Source: an uncultured Acidobacteriota bacterium
GTDB taxonomy: Bacteria > Acidobacteriota > Polarisedimenticolia > Polarisedimenticolales > Polarisedimenticolaceae
Assembly (NCBI GenBank): GCA_963824225.1
Contig: CAWGOF010000003.1
Location: 3,040,847-3,104,846, forward strand
Length of the DNA stretch: 64,000 nucleotides
Direction of reading: 5' to 3'
Positions within the stretch are counted from its first letter, which is position 1; every line of letters starts with the position of its first letter. Positions 17,897 through 27,990 of the stretch are shown here, piece by piece. The notes under the pieces are model-generated. The model was given only the letters and a program-made list of their open reading frames with translations, did no database searches and was not told where the DNA came from. The position numbers and the translations under genes were made by a program.

Positions 17897-19015
17897 ATGC
17901 GTCGCGCCGCGCGCCCGCTCGTGTGCCTCGCGATCCTCGCCGGCGGGCTCGTCGTCGCCGAGATCGTCGCGCGGACGACCCACCCCGAGGCTCGGCCCCG
18001 CGCGATCGTCGAGCAGCTCGAGCGCGAGCGCAAGCGGTTGCGGACGCCCGACGCCGAGTTTCACCACGTCGGCGAGGGGATCTTCCACCTCGACTTCCCG
18101 CCCGCGGGTGCGGGACCGGCGCCGCGGGTCCTCGTCGTCGGCGACTCGTTCGCCATGGGCCACGGCGTGGGGATCGATGCGCGCTTCGGCGCGCGTCTCG
18201 GCCAGCGGATGCGGGGCATCGCCGAGGTCGACGTGCTCGCGGCGACGAGCTACTCGCCGATCGTGTACCGCAACATCGTGCGCAAGGCGGTGGGGCTGAA
18301 CCGCTACGCCTGTGTCGCCGTGTTCGTCGACCAAACCGACCCGGCGGACGACGTCGTCTATCGCAACGACCTCGTGGGGGAAGACGCGCACGGGTTCGAC
18401 GTGGCCATGATGCGCGAGCGCCTCGCCGTCCTCGGGGCGACGTACGACCGGATGGAGGCCGGCCTCACCGGCCTGCGCGGCCTCCCGCGGCAGCTGGCCC
18501 TGGTCAACGTAGTGTTCCCGCCGCCCTCGATCATCGGTGCGCTCGCGGCCGAGAGCCCGCACCGCCGGTACGTCGAGCTGTCCTACGCGCGGCTGCAACT
18601 GACGCGGACCTTCGACGAGGCGCCCGAGTCGAGCCTCGCTCGCACGATGACGGCGAGCGTGCTCCAGCACCTCGACGAGACGGTGTCGCTCGCACGGGCG
18701 AACGGGGCGCAGGTCATCCTCGCGGCCAACCCGTGGGAGGACCAGGTGTCGAAGTCTCCGCGCGTCCCGCGGGCCTCCTCGGGCCCGTACCCGCGGGAGA
18801 ACCAGCTCGAGCGGCTCCTCGTTGAGCGCTACGGCAAGCTCTCGGGCGTCGTCGTCCTCGAGCTGACCGCCGCGTTCCGCGCCGCGCCCGACCCGTCGCG
18901 CCTGTTCCTCGACGTTCCGGCACACGAGGTGCACTGGAACGCCGAAGGCCACGAGCTCGTCGCCGCCGTCCTGTGGGGTCAGGTCTCGGGGTCAGGTCTC
19001 AGGGTCAGGTCTTAG
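17897..19015 (+). CDS. SGNH/GDSL-type hydrolase family protein
   Basis: signal/TM N-terminus, RVLVVGDSFAMGHGV GDS(x) motif; last 12 codons and stop are supplied by palindromic repeat copy 4. Confidence 0.55.
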   Translation: MRRAARPLVCLAILAGGLVVAEIVARTTHPEARPRAIVEQLERERKRLRTPDAEFHHVGEGIFHLDFPPAGAGPAPRVLVVGDSFAMGHGVGIDARFGARLGQRMRGIAEVDVLAATSYSPIVYRNIVRKAVGLNRYACVAVFVDQTDPADDVVYRNDLVGEDAHGFDVAMMRERLAVLGATYDRMEAGLTGLRGLPRQLALVNVVFPPPSIIGALAAESPHRRYVELSYARLQLTRTFDEAPESSLARTMTASVLQHLDETVSLARANGAQVILAANPWEDQVSKSPRVPRASSGPYPRENQLERLLVERYGKLSGVVVLELTAAFRAAPDPSRLFLDVPAHEVHWNAEGHELVAAVLWGQVSGSGLRVRS

Positions 19016-19026
19016 GGTCTGACCCC
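18975..19026. repeat. palindromic repeat family 1, copy 4
   Basis: ggggtcaggtctcggggtcaggtctcagggtcaggtcttagggtctgacccca. Confidence 0.85.
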
Positions 19027-19049
19027 ATCAACGTTATCCTGGTCGAGCC

Positions 19050-21410
19050 GTGATCGGCCGGGAGCTCAACCAGTACCGGATCGTGGCCCAGCTCGGCAAG
19101 GGCGGGATGGGCGAGGTGTACCTGGCCCACGACACGCAGCTCGACCGCAAGGTCGCGCTGAAGATCCTTCCGCCCGAGATGGCCGCATCGCCCCAGCGCG
19201 TCGAGCGGTTCAAGCGCGAGGCCCGGGCCGTCGCTGCGCTGACCCACCCGAACATCGTCACGATCCACTCGGTCGAGGAGGCGCGGGGCCTGCACTTCCT
19301 GACGATGGAGCTCGTGACCGGGAAGACGCTCGACGCGCTGATCGCGCAGGACGGGCTGCCGCTCGAGCGGATCTTCGACGTCGCGATCCCGCTCGCCGAC
19401 GCGCTGAGCGAGGCCCACGCCAAGGGCATCACGCATCGCGACCTCAAGCCGGCGAACGTGATGGTCACGGACGACGGCCGCGTCAAGGTCCTCGACTTCG
19501 GCCTGGCCAAGTTCCACGAGTCTGCCGGCGCGGACGACGAGCGCGCCCCGACACGCACGCTGACCGAGGAAGGCGCGCTCGTCGGCACGATGCCCTACAT
19601 GTCGCCCGAGCAGGTCAAGGGCGCGCCGGTCGACCATCGGTCGGACATCTTCTCCCTGGGCGTGATCCTGTACGAGATGGCGACCGGCAAGCGCCCGTTC
19701 GGCGGGGCCTCGTCGGCCGAGCTGATCTCGGCGCTCCTGCGCGACGATCCGCCGGCGGTGAGCGACGTCAACGCGTCGGTCCCCCGGCACCTCGGGCGGA
19801 TCATCCGGATGTGCCTGGAGAAGGACCCGGCCCAGCGCTACCAGTCGGCCGCCGACGTGCGCAACGAGCTGCGAGCGCTGCGGATGGAAGTCGCCTCGGG
19901 CGTGACCGAGGCCCGGGCGCGGCCGCGCGTGTCCCGCACGCGCGCGTTACCCCTCGTCGTGCTCGGCGTCGTGGCCGTCGCCGTCCTCGCGGCGCTCGTG
20001 GCCTGGCAGCTCCGTGGGCAGCGCAAGATCGCCACACCCGAGCAGGCGCAGGTGTCGGTCGCCGTGCTCCCGTTCCGCAACATGAGCGGCGACGCGGCGC
20101 TCGCGTTCCTCGCGCTCGCGATCCCGGACGAGGTCACGACAGCGCTCAGCCGCACTCCCGGCCTGTCGCTGCGCCCCTTCTCGAGCACGACGCGGTACAC
20201 GGGAGACGATGTCGACGTCCGGGGGGCCGGTCGCGAGCTCGGCGCGTCGACCGTGGTCACCGGGCAGTTCTTCCGCCAGGGTCAAGATCTGCGTCTGACG
20301 CTCGAGGCGGTCGACGTCGAAAAGAACGAGGCGATCTGGCACGACGGGGTGACCGTCCGAGCCGACGACCTGCTCGCGCTCCGCAGCCAGGTGTCCGATC
20401 GAATCCGCTCCGGTCTCGTTCCCGACCTCGTCGGGACCGACGCGGGCGCCGCCGGGACCCAGCCGTCGAACCCCGAAGCCTACGATCTCTACTTGCGCAG
20501 CCTCGCCATCCCGAACGATCCGGAGCCTGGGCGCGAGACGATCCGGATGCTCGAGCGCGCCGTGGCGCTCGACCCCAAATACGCGCCGGCCTGGACCGAG
20601 CTCGGCGAGCGGTACAGCTTCGAGGCGGCCTATGGCGCGGGCGGCGAGGCGTTCTACCCCAAGGCTATCGACGCGCTGCGCCGGGCGATCGATCTCGACC
20701 CGAACCTGCCCGTGCCCGCGGGTCTTCTGCTGCAGATCGAGGTCGAGAGCGGACATCTCGAGCAGGGCTACGACACGGCCCGCGAGCTCCTCGAGCGGTT
20801 CCCGCGGAGCGCCGCTCTCCACTTCTCGATGTCCTACGTCCTGCGCTACGGCGGCTTGTTCGACGAAGCGGCGCGCGAGTGCAACACGGCCTATGGCCTC
20901 GATTCGACCGATCCGGGCTTTCGTTCGTGTGGCATCACGTTCTACATGCTCGGGGACTACGAGCGCGCCGAGGTGTTCTTCGAGCTCTCGGACTCGCAGT
21001 TCAGCGTGATCCAGCGCTGGAACAGCCTGATGAGGCAGCACAAGGACGCGGAGGCGCTCGTGATGCTCGATCGCCTACCAGCCTCGCCCATGCGCGAGTT
21101 CGGGCGAGCGTGCCTCAGCGGTGCCAAGCCCGCGGAGCTGGCTGTGCTCGCCGCAGATGTCGCGAAGCAGACGGCAGACCAACGCGACGGCGAATCCCAG
21201 TACATATACGGCACGATCTTCAGCCGCTGCGGCCAGCGACAGCTCGCGCTCGAGCGGCTCGCGCTCGCCGTCGAGCGCAACTACTGCGCCTATCCGCTGA
21301 TGGAGTCGGACCCGCTGCTCGAGAGCATGCGTGGCGATCCGGAGCTCGCCAAGATCGTCGTCGCCGGCCGCGCCTGCCGGCAAAGGTTCGAGAAGCATCG
21401 TCAAACGTAG
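19050..21410 (+). CDS. Ser/Thr protein kinase with TM segment and C-terminal TPR-like domain
   Basis: 786 aa; GKGGMGEVYLAHD...ALKIL...HRDLKPANVMV...DFGLAK...MPYMSPE. Confidence 0.85.
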   Translation: MIGRELNQYRIVAQLGKGGMGEVYLAHDTQLDRKVALKILPPEMAASPQRVERFKREARAVAALTHPNIVTIHSVEEARGLHFLTMELVTGKTLDALIAQDGLPLERIFDVAIPLADALSEAHAKGITHRDLKPANVMVTDDGRVKVLDFGLAKFHESAGADDERAPTRTLTEEGALVGTMPYMSPEQVKGAPVDHRSDIFSLGVILYEMATGKRPFGGASSAELISALLRDDPPAVSDVNASVPRHLGRIIRMCLEKDPAQRYQSAADVRNELRALRMEVASGVTEARARPRVSRTRALPLVVLGVVAVAVLAALVAWQLRGQRKIATPEQAQVSVAVLPFRNMSGDAALAFLALAIPDEVTTALSRTPGLSLRPFSSTTRYTGDDVDVRGAGRELGASTVVTGQFFRQGQDLRLTLEAVDVEKNEAIWHDGVTVRADDLLALRSQVSDRIRSGLVPDLVGTDAGAAGTQPSNPEAYDLYLRSLAIPNDPEPGRETIRMLERAVALDPKYAPAWTELGERYSFEAAYGAGGEAFYPKAIDALRRAIDLDPNLPVPAGLLLQIEVESGHLEQGYDTARELLERFPRSAALHFSMSYVLRYGGLFDEAARECNTAYGLDSTDPGFRSCGITFYMLGDYERAEVFFELSDSQFSVIQRWNSLMRQHKDAEALVMLDRLPASPMREFGRACLSGAKPAELAVLAADVAKQTADQRDGESQYIYGTIFSRCGQRQLALERLALAVERNYCAYPLMESDPLLESMRGDPELAKIVVAGRACRQRFEKHRQT

Positions 21411-21461
21411 GGGTCAGGTCTCGGGGTCTGACCCCGAGACCTGACCCCGAGACCTGACCCC
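21411..21461. repeat. palindromic repeat family 1, copy 5
   Basis: ggggtcaggtctcggggtctgaccccgagacctgaccccgagacctgacccc; overlaps stop codon of PP2C gene. Confidence 0.85.
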
Positions 21462-22369
21462 TAGCCTCGCTTGATGACGACGAAGCTGATGTCGTCCTTG
21501 GCCGGGGCGAAGGCGAGGATCGAGCGCTTGAGCGCTTCGGCGATCTCCCCGGCCGAGAGGTCGCGGGTCCGCGCCAGCTCCTGCTCGAGCAGGTCGGGGA
21601 CGTACTCATCGTCCCCGTGCTCGTACAGGCCGTCCGTCGCCAAGAGCAGGATGTCCCCCGCCCCGAGAAGCGACAGCTCGTTCACCGAGTAGCGCTCCTT
21701 GAACCGCGGGGGGTCGATCAGCCGCGCCCGGTCGACGTCATCGACCGAGGGCACGATCCCGATCGGGGGGTAGCGCTTCAAGCTCGCCTCGGCGATGTCG
21801 GCGATCCGGGCATACTTGCGGGAGAACACGATCGGCGGTGGATGGCCCGCCGAAATGAACCGGAACACGCCCGAGGTCGAGATCTCGCCGTAGATCATGG
21901 TGAAATACTTGTGGATCGCGGACGACTGGTAGAACCGCGTGTTGATGTGCTCGAAGAGCCGCGTCGTGATCTCCCCGTGCTGGTCCATCTCGTAGATCGC
22001 GCCGAGGAGGAACGCCTGGTGCAGCATCGCGCCGATCATCGCGTCGGTCATGCGGTGCCCCGAGACGTCGGCGACCAGGATCCCCGCGCGCTCGCGCGTC
22101 CGGTGGAGCATCTCGACGAGCGCGGCGTTGTTGTCCGCCTCGGCCCGCGCGATCCGCGCCTCGAGGTCGAAGCGCTTGCGGAAGTCGATGTAGATGATGT
22201 GGTCGCCGCCGATCCGGCCCCCGAGCGGTATCGACACCCCGGCGATGTCGAGCCCGTCGAGCTCGGGGATCTCGCCCGCCGAGGGGTTCAGGCAGCGCGC
22301 GATCTCCTCGAAGTTGTCGAGCTCCGAGACCAGCTCGCGCTGCGCCGCTCCGTCGATCTCGTGTTCCAT
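21461..22369 (-). CDS. PP2C-family Ser/Thr phosphatase (SpoIIE-like)
   Basis: start MEHEIDGAAQRE (ATG 22367-22369); ...GVSIPLGGRIGGDHIIYIDF...LVADVSGHRMTDAM...LLLATDGLYEHGDDE... PPM-type motifs; longer ORF-track start lies inside repeat family 2 and was rejected. Confidence 0.7.
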   Translation of the reverse strand: MEHEIDGAAQRELVSELDNFEEIARCLNPSAGEIPELDGLDIAGVSIPLGGRIGGDHIIYIDFRKRFDLEARIARAEADNNAALVEMLHRTRERAGILVADVSGHRMTDAMIGAMLHQAFLLGAIYEMDQHGEITTRLFEHINTRFYQSSAIHKYFTMIYGEISTSGVFRFISAGHPPPIVFSRKYARIADIAEASLKRYPPIGIVPSVDDVDRARLIDPPRFKERYSVNELSLLGAGDILLLATDGLYEHGDDEYVPDLLEQELARTRDLSAGEIAEALKRSILAFAPAKDDISFVVIKRG

Positions 22370-22384
22370 GACCACCTCAAGATA

Positions 22385-22476
22385 CCAAAACGGGGACACT
22401 CTCCGTTTCTGCCCCAAATGAGGCAACACGCCCTCTGCCCCAAATGGGGTGAAAAATGAGAGTGTCCCCGTTTCTG
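22385..22476. repeat. palindromic repeat family 2, copy B (partially duplicated internal unit)
   Basis: aaaacggggacactctccgtttctgccccaaatgaggcaacacgccctctgccccaaatggggtgaaaaatgagagtgtccccgtttctgc; its ATGAGAGTGTCCCCGTTTCTGC end provides the start codon of the VWA gene. Confidence 0.8.
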
Positions 22477-24684
22477 CTCGTGCTGCTCCTGGTCGGCAGC
22501 ACAGCGGACGCGCAGAGGAAGGAAGACTCGGGGATCGTCGAGACGACGCGGATCCGCCTCATGGCCGTGCGGTTCCGCGTCGCGCCGAAGGCCGAGGCGC
22601 CGCGCGACGCGTGCACGAAGCTCACGCGCGCCAACCTGTCGATCCGCGTGCGCGGCCAAGCGGTCGAGCCGAGCGCCATCGTCTCGCTCGCGAGGGACGA
22701 GCGCCCGATGCTCCACGCGTTCCTGATCGACCGCAGCGGCAGCATGGCCGACAAGCTCGACCTGACCCGCCGCGCGGTTCACACGTACATCCAAAGGCTG
22801 AGACCGGGCCTCGATCGCGGGATGGTCGTGTTCTTCGACGAGGACGTCATCCTCGCCTCTCCCGAAACCTCGGACCCCAAAGCGCTCGACCGGGCGGTCG
22901 ACAGCATCGTCCTGGGGTCGAGCACGGCGATCTTGGACGCGCTCTACGCGACGATCGGCGAGCTTCAGGCCCAGCTCGAGCGCCCGATCGTCCTCCTGCT
23001 CTCGGACGGCGTCGACACGGCGAGCATCGCGACCCAGGACGACGTCCTCGCCCGCGCGGCCGAGCGGCCCGACCTGGCCATCTTCCCGATCGGCGTCAAC
23101 CTCCCCGACATCTCCTCTCGCGGCCCGGGCCCGATCACGCCGAAGAAGTTCCTCGACAACCTGGCGCGCCACACGGACGGCGAGTTCCTCAACGTCCCGA
23201 CCGCCGGAGGCTTGGCCTCGGCCTACGACCGCGTGCGCGACCTCCTCGACTCCGAGTGGGAGGTCGTCGTCGCCGATCCCGACCCCAACCTCGACCCCGA
23301 GGACCCCAAGGTGCGCATCACGGGCAAGCCGTGCTCGATCCGGATCCTCGGCCAGGGCGGCGACGAGCCGCGGGAAAGCAAGAAGGAAACCGAGAAGCCC
23401 AACCTGGCCCCGCCGAACCCGCGGTGTGAGGCGAGCATCCACTGGCTCCCGCGCCAGTCGGCGCGCCTCGGCCCGCGCCTCGGTGCGGACTGGGCTGCGG
23501 AGACCACGACGACGGGCATCCGCGGCTGCGTCGTCGATCTCACCACGGACGACGGCCAGCTCTACGACAGCCAGGAGGTCGAGGGCGCCTGGTTCAACGG
23601 CTGGCGCGAGATCGGGAGCCGCCCGTTCGAGATCGATGCGCCCGCGATCGTCGACCTCCCGACGCGTCCCGAGAGCGCGCTCGACACGATCGCGCGCGAG
23701 CTGCTGAAACACACGGGACCGGTGCCCGACCCCGGCCCGCGCCAGATCCCGATCGAGCGCCACGCCCGGCCGTTCAAGGACCTGCCGTTCCTGTGGAACG
23801 GGCGCACCGCGTTCGCCGCACGGTCAGACCTGGCGCTCGCGCTCGCAGAGATCCCCGAGTACGCGGCGTACACCCGCACCCGCACGGAAAAGGAGGTCAA
23901 CCGCCTCCTCGACGATGAAGCTGCGCGCATCGTCCGCACGAGCAAGGGAATGGCACGCGACCGCATGCGCGACGCCCTCGCCGCCTCGCCCGAGGGCCAG
24001 GCGCTCCTCGCGCGGGCCGAGAACCCGGGGCCGCGCGAGCTCGAGCGGCACCTCGCGGCGTGGATCGGGGACATACCGGTTGCCGACGTGTTCCGAGACT
24101 GGGAGCTCCAGGCGATCGCAAGGGTCCTCGACGGCACAGCCGACCCGGATCCGCCGTTCGACGACGCCTATCGAGCCGCGTACGGCGTGTTCTTCGTCCC
24201 GTCCTATGCCCGGCTCCTCGCGCCGCTCGTCCTGGGCAAGGACCCCAAGACCGGCGCGATCGGCATGTGGCGCTTCGTGCTCCCGCGCACGGTGTGGATC
24301 GGCCCGCGCAAGAGGGACTTCGACGACCCCGAGTCCCGCCGCGTGCCGATGGACCTCGTGCCCGACCGCCCGCTCGGCCTGCTGCTCGCGCGCAAGATCG
24401 CCGAAGAAACGCGCGGAACAGGGCTCGCACCCAGGCGGCTGACCTACGAGCCCCTGGTAAAACCGAAGCAGTTCGATCCGGGGCGAGCGTTCACCGACGT
24501 GCGCGTGAGCCTGTACCTCGTCGATCCGAAGGGCCGCGACCTCCTCGTTATTGCGGATCTGGTTCGCGACGACGACCACCCGGTGGTGCGCGCCGCGGAC
24601 GTCCAATCCCCGAGCTTGAAGGACCTGTCCGCGGCAATAAAGGGGACACTCTTGGTTTCTGCCCCAAATGAGGCAGGAAACTAG
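22456..24684 (+). CDS. secreted von Willebrand factor A (VWA) domain protein
   Basis: 742 aa; signal peptide MRVSPFLLVLLLVGSTADA; MIDAS motif LIDRSGSMADKL...LLSDGVDT; first 7 and last 14 codons derive from repeat family 2 copies. Confidence 0.7.
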   Translation: MRVSPFLLVLLLVGSTADAQRKEDSGIVETTRIRLMAVRFRVAPKAEAPRDACTKLTRANLSIRVRGQAVEPSAIVSLARDERPMLHAFLIDRSGSMADKLDLTRRAVHTYIQRLRPGLDRGMVVFFDEDVILASPETSDPKALDRAVDSIVLGSSTAILDALYATIGELQAQLERPIVLLLSDGVDTASIATQDDVLARAAERPDLAIFPIGVNLPDISSRGPGPITPKKFLDNLARHTDGEFLNVPTAGGLASAYDRVRDLLDSEWEVVVADPDPNLDPEDPKVRITGKPCSIRILGQGGDEPRESKKETEKPNLAPPNPRCEASIHWLPRQSARLGPRLGADWAAETTTTGIRGCVVDLTTDDGQLYDSQEVEGAWFNGWREIGSRPFEIDAPAIVDLPTRPESALDTIARELLKHTGPVPDPGPRQIPIERHARPFKDLPFLWNGRTAFAARSDLALALAEIPEYAAYTRTRTEKEVNRLLDDEAARIVRTSKGMARDRMRDALAASPEGQALLARAENPGPRELERHLAAWIGDIPVADVFRDWELQAIARVLDGTADPDPPFDDAYRAAYGVFFVPSYARLLAPLVLGKDPKTGAIGMWRFVLPRTVWIGPRKRDFDDPESRRVPMDLVPDRPLGLLLARKIAEETRGTGLAPRRLTYEPLVKPKQFDPGRAFTDVRVSLYLVDPKGRDLLVIADLVRDDDHPVVRAADVQSPSLKDLSAAIKGTLLVSAPNEAGN

Positions 24685-24702
24685 GAGTGTCCCCGTTTCT
24701 GC
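24638..24702. repeat. palindromic repeat family 2, copy C
   Basis: ataaaggggacactcttggtttctgccccaaatgaggcaggaaactaggagtgtccccgtttctgc; contains stop of VWA gene. Confidence 0.8.
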
Positions 24703-24715
24703 TAGGCTCGGAAAC

Positions 24716-26734
24716 GTGGACACGAAGAAGCGCCGGCGCTGGCCGTGGATCGTCGCCGGGGTGCTCGTCGTGCTCGTCGCGACCGCAGCCCTGGCGCTCC
24801 CGCCGCTCCTCGACGTCGAGCGCTATCGCGGGCGCATCGAAGCCGCGCTGACCCAGGCGACGGGCTGGAACGCCGAGCTGGGCCAGATCGGCTTCTCCGT
24901 CTGGCGCGGCCTCGTGCTGACGGTGAGCCCGGTGCGCCTTGCCGCTCCAGGCGACACGTCCAGAGTCGACGTCGAGACGCTCGAGATCAGGGCCCGGGTC
25001 TGGCCGCTCCTGCGCGGCCGGCTCGAGGTTCAGAGCATCGACCTCGTCCGACCGAAGATCGCGCTCGTGCGCCAGACGCGACAGGCCGGCTGGATCCTCC
25101 CCGGCCGCGGCCGCCCCAAGCAACCGCCCCCGAGCCCGAAGCCCGAGCAAACGCAAGAAGAAGGAGCGCCCGCCAACGTCACGATCGGCCGCGTCCGCAT
25201 CAAGGACGGCACGCTCGCGCTCCACGACCGGGCGAACGAGCCGCCGTTCAAGCTCGGGCTCGACGGCGTCGGCCTCGACATCTCCCCGAGCTCGTACACG
25301 ATCGACGGCAGCGCCCGGCTCGCGCCCGGCGGCGGCCTGTTCGAGATCTCGGGTGGCGTCGACCGCGGCTTCGAGATCAAGGTGACCGACCTCCCGACCG
25401 AGTCGCTCCATCCGTTCCTCGGAAGCGAAATGATCCACGCCGGGGGCACGCTCTCGGGCCAGGCCAAGGTGACGCTCCCGCCGGCGATCCACGGCACGAT
25501 CGCCGGCCGCTCGATCACGCTCCTGGCGGGCGAGAAGCCGATGGATCAGATGCGCGCCGAGTTCGATGTCCGCGGCGCGGGCAAGGCCTGGCGCCTCGAA
25601 AGCCTGGCCCTCGACGCCCAGGGGCTGCGGGTGACCGGGCAGGGGCCGATCCTCCCCGCCGCCGACATGCGCTTCACCCTCGCCGCCCCGCTCGAAGACG
25701 TGCTCGCCGCAGCACCCTCGATCCTCCCGCTCCCGCTCGACCTCAGGCCCCCAGGCTCGGTCTCGGCCGACCTACGCATCCAAGGCAAAGAAGGTCAGCC
25801 GCTCGAAACGACCGCCACGGGCAAGCTCAGCGCGGCCGAGTTCATCGTCGCCGAAGCGGTCCCACCGGCGAAGGACGTGCAGGCCGAGTTCGAGCTCGAC
25901 CGCTACGGCGCGCTCGAGGTGCGCATCCTCGGCGGCACGATCGCCGGCGGCCCCGCGCGCGGCACGGCACGGCTCGAATCGATCGACCCACCGGGCACGC
26001 TGACCTTCGACGGCGGCCTGAAGGACGCCGCCTTCGGCGCGCTCCTCAAGGGCTTCGTCGCCAAGGCCGAGTCGATCACCGGCCCCACGGGCCTCAACGT
26101 CAAGGTCGGCCTCGACCTGACCCGCGAGACGATCGACGCCCGCGCGCTCTCGGGCCGCCTCGACCTCGACTCGAAGAACGTCCGCTTCCCGGGCTTCGAC
26201 CTCGACCAGGCCGTGCAGAAGAAGCTCGAGGAGAAGCTCGGCCCCCTCGCCGCGCTAGCCGCACTGACCGGAAGAACCGACGCAGCAACCAGCGCAGCGG
26301 AATCGAACCCCAAGGCCGACCGCGACCTACTCAAGGAGCTGACCGCGAGCGTCGACTTCGATCAATGGCCCTGGGGCCTCGACCGCCTGGGCTTCGACGC
26401 CGACGGCCTCGCCGCCGAGGGCACCGGCACCTTCGACCCCGAAGCGGGCGCAGTCAACCTCGACCTCACCGCGCGCCTGTCCCCCGAGCGCACCCGCCGC
26501 CTCGTCGAGAAGACGAAGCAGCTCTCCCGCCTCGTCGGCCCCGACGGCCGCCTCGCCCTCCCGCTGAAAGTGAAGGGCGCGCTCATGTCTCCGTCGGTCG
26601 AGGTCGACCTGGGCAAGGCGCTCACCTCGGGCGGCGAGACCAAGGAGCAGGCGATCCAGGGCCTGCTCGAAGGCCTGCTCGACCGCCGGAACAAGAAGAA
26701 GAACCCCCAGCCCACGCCGCAGCCGACGCCGTAG
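24716..26734 (+). CDS. AsmA-family protein
   Basis: GTG start chosen (VDTKKRRRWPWIVAGVLVVLVATAALALPPLL), N-terminal TM anchor then long beta-rich region with AsmA-like N-terminus (RYRGRIEAALTQATGWNAELGQIGFSVWRGLVL); the ORF-track ATG at 24668 lies inside the repeat. Confidence 0.55.
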   Translation: MDTKKRRRWPWIVAGVLVVLVATAALALPPLLDVERYRGRIEAALTQATGWNAELGQIGFSVWRGLVLTVSPVRLAAPGDTSRVDVETLEIRARVWPLLRGRLEVQSIDLVRPKIALVRQTRQAGWILPGRGRPKQPPPSPKPEQTQEEGAPANVTIGRVRIKDGTLALHDRANEPPFKLGLDGVGLDISPSSYTIDGSARLAPGGGLFEISGGVDRGFEIKVTDLPTESLHPFLGSEMIHAGGTLSGQAKVTLPPAIHGTIAGRSITLLAGEKPMDQMRAEFDVRGAGKAWRLESLALDAQGLRVTGQGPILPAADMRFTLAAPLEDVLAAAPSILPLPLDLRPPGSVSADLRIQGKEGQPLETTATGKLSAAEFIVAEAVPPAKDVQAEFELDRYGALEVRILGGTIAGGPARGTARLESIDPPGTLTFDGGLKDAAFGALLKGFVAKAESITGPTGLNVKVGLDLTRETIDARALSGRLDLDSKNVRFPGFDLDQAVQKKLEEKLGPLAALAALTGRTDAATSAAESNPKADRDLLKELTASVDFDQWPWGLDRLGFDADGLAAEGTGTFDPEAGAVNLDLTARLSPERTRRLVEKTKQLSRLVGPDGRLALPLKVKGALMSPSVEVDLGKALTSGGETKEQAIQGLLEGLLDRRNKKKNPQPTPQPTP

Positions 26735-26786
26735 CCAACCGCGGATTTCCAAGTGGCCGGCGCAGCCCTTGACGTCCGCCTTGGCA

Positions 26787-26802
26787 TACCATATTTGGTA
26801 TA
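26787..26802. promoter_or_regulatory. operator-like palindrome ATACCATATTTGGTAT overlapping putative -10 of higBA promoter (-35 TTGACG at 26769-26774)
   Basis: perfect 16-bp palindrome 14 bp upstream of higB ATG; typical TA autoregulation architecture. Confidence 0.45.
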
Positions 26803-26815
26803 GTACCTTCTGGTC

Positions 26816-27097
26816 ATGTGGGAGGTGTACGAGCACCGGCGGATCGGCCGCCGTGTTCAGCGTGTCCCAGTCGAGATCGTCAAGCGGTACGAGAAATGGA
26901 AGGACATAGTCCGAATCTCCGGTCCGGCCGGACTTCGTTTGATCAAGGGCTTCCACGATGAGTCGCTTCGTGGCGAATGGAGCGGGCACCGTTCTTCACG
27001 GCTTGGACTCCAGTACCGGGTGATCTACCGGATCGTTGGCCAAGACGTTCTGGTTGAGGTGATCGACATTACGGCTCACGACTACCGGAGAAGGTGA
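26816..27097 (+). CDS. higB: HigB-like RelE/ParE-superfamily toxin
   Basis: 93 aa; ...KRYEKWKDIVRISGPAGLRLIKGFHDESLRGEWSGHRSSRLGLQYRVIYRIVGQDVLVEVIDITAHDY matches HigB/killer-protein family pattern. Confidence 0.6.
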   Translation: MWEVYEHRRIGRRVQRVPVEIVKRYEKWKDIVRISGPAGLRLIKGFHDESLRGEWSGHRSSRLGLQYRVIYRIVGQDVLVEVIDITAHDYRRR

Positions 27098-27100
27098 ACG

Positions 27101-27367
27101 ATGGCACCGAAGGCATATCGAAAGGCCCGGCGACATATTGATGTCTCGGTTGGCGAGTCGGTTCGAATCATGCGGGAACTCCAGGAGCTGAGCCAGAACG
27201 AGCTGTCTGAGCAGACGGGGATTCCGCAGTCGACGCTATCGGCTATCGAGAATGATCGGGTGAACCTTGGTGTCGAGCGTGCGAAGGTGCTGGCGCGAGC
27301 ATTGAGGTGCCATCCGGCAGTGCTGGTCTTTCCGGGTTGGGTGGTTGGCGATGAATCGGCGGCATAA
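27101..27367 (+). CDS. higA: HigA-like XRE-family HTH antitoxin
   Basis: 88 aa; HTH ...MRELQELSQNELSEQTGIPQSTLSAIENDRVNLGVERAKVLARAL; 3 bp after higB stop. Confidence 0.65.
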   Translation: MAPKAYRKARRHIDVSVGESVRIMRELQELSQNELSEQTGIPQSTLSAIENDRVNLGVERAKVLARALRCHPAVLVFPGWVVGDESAA

Positions 27368-27488
27368 CAATCGGACGCAGCGTTCCGATCAAGGCCAACT
27401 CGGCCGTCAAGCGGATGCTCGACAGGTCGAAGCAAGGCCCGTCGTAGCCGTTTCGAAACCCCGGTTCCTGGACTTTCCTGCCGCGCGA

Positions 27489-27755
27489 ATGGATACTCCG
27501 ATCATGCGCGTGCCGCCAGACCTCGTCGAACTCGCGAAAAGCTACTCCGGAAAGTGGGTCGCTCTGCATCCGGACGATGGGTCTGTCGTGGCAGCGGGGC
27601 AATCGCCTCGGGAAGTCATGGAAGTCGCGGAGGCCGATGGGATCGACGAACCGTTCGTGCTTCACGTCTTCGATGACTACGGCCAGCTTGCTCGACCCCG
27701 GCCCCAGTTGGACGGCGAAAGCCTAGTCCCAGCCCCACCCGTGTGCCGAGGGTAG
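27489..27755 (+). CDS. hypothetical small protein
   Basis: 89 aa from ATG 27489 (MDTPIMRVPPDLVELAKSYSGKWVALHPDDGSVVAAGQSP...); start uncertain. Confidence 0.3.
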   Translation: MDTPIMRVPPDLVELAKSYSGKWVALHPDDGSVVAAGQSPREVMEVAEADGIDEPFVLHVFDDYGQLARPRPQLDGESLVPAPPVCRG

Positions 27756-27765
27756 GATACCGAGC

Positions 27766-27990
27766 ATGAGCATCGAAGAAATCGAGGCCGAAGCGCTCAA
27801 GCTGGATCCCAAGGCACGAGCACGGTTGGCCGAGAGGCTCCTCGAGAGCCTGGAGACGCTCTCCGATCAAGAGGCGGAACGCCTGTGGGCAGAGGAGGCC
27901 GCTCGGCGCGACGCCGACCTGGACGCGGCGCCGGAGACGGCACGCCCTGCCGCTACCGTCCTGCGTGAGGCTCGGGCCCGGCTGAAGTGA
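27766..27990 (+). CDS. putative addiction-module antitoxin (ParD/Phd-like small acidic helical protein)
   Basis: 74 aa; MSIEEIEAEALKLDPKARARLAERLLESLE... ; stop overlaps start of downstream toxin (TGAATG). Confidence 0.5.
   Translation: MSIEEIEAEALKLDPKARARLAERLLESLETLSDQEAERLWAEEAARRDADLDAAPETARPAATVLREARARLK

Noticed and set aside
22369-22429. Longer start (MLPHLGQKRRVSPFWYLEVV…) for the PP2C phosphatase
   Set aside because: The extra 20 codons lie entirely within repeat family 2; MEHEIDG is the conserved-looking start.
24668-24715. ATG at 24668 as AsmA start
   Set aside because: Lies inside repeat copy C and overlaps the VWA stop; the GTG at 24716 directly precedes the basic/TM N-terminus. 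Either remains possible.
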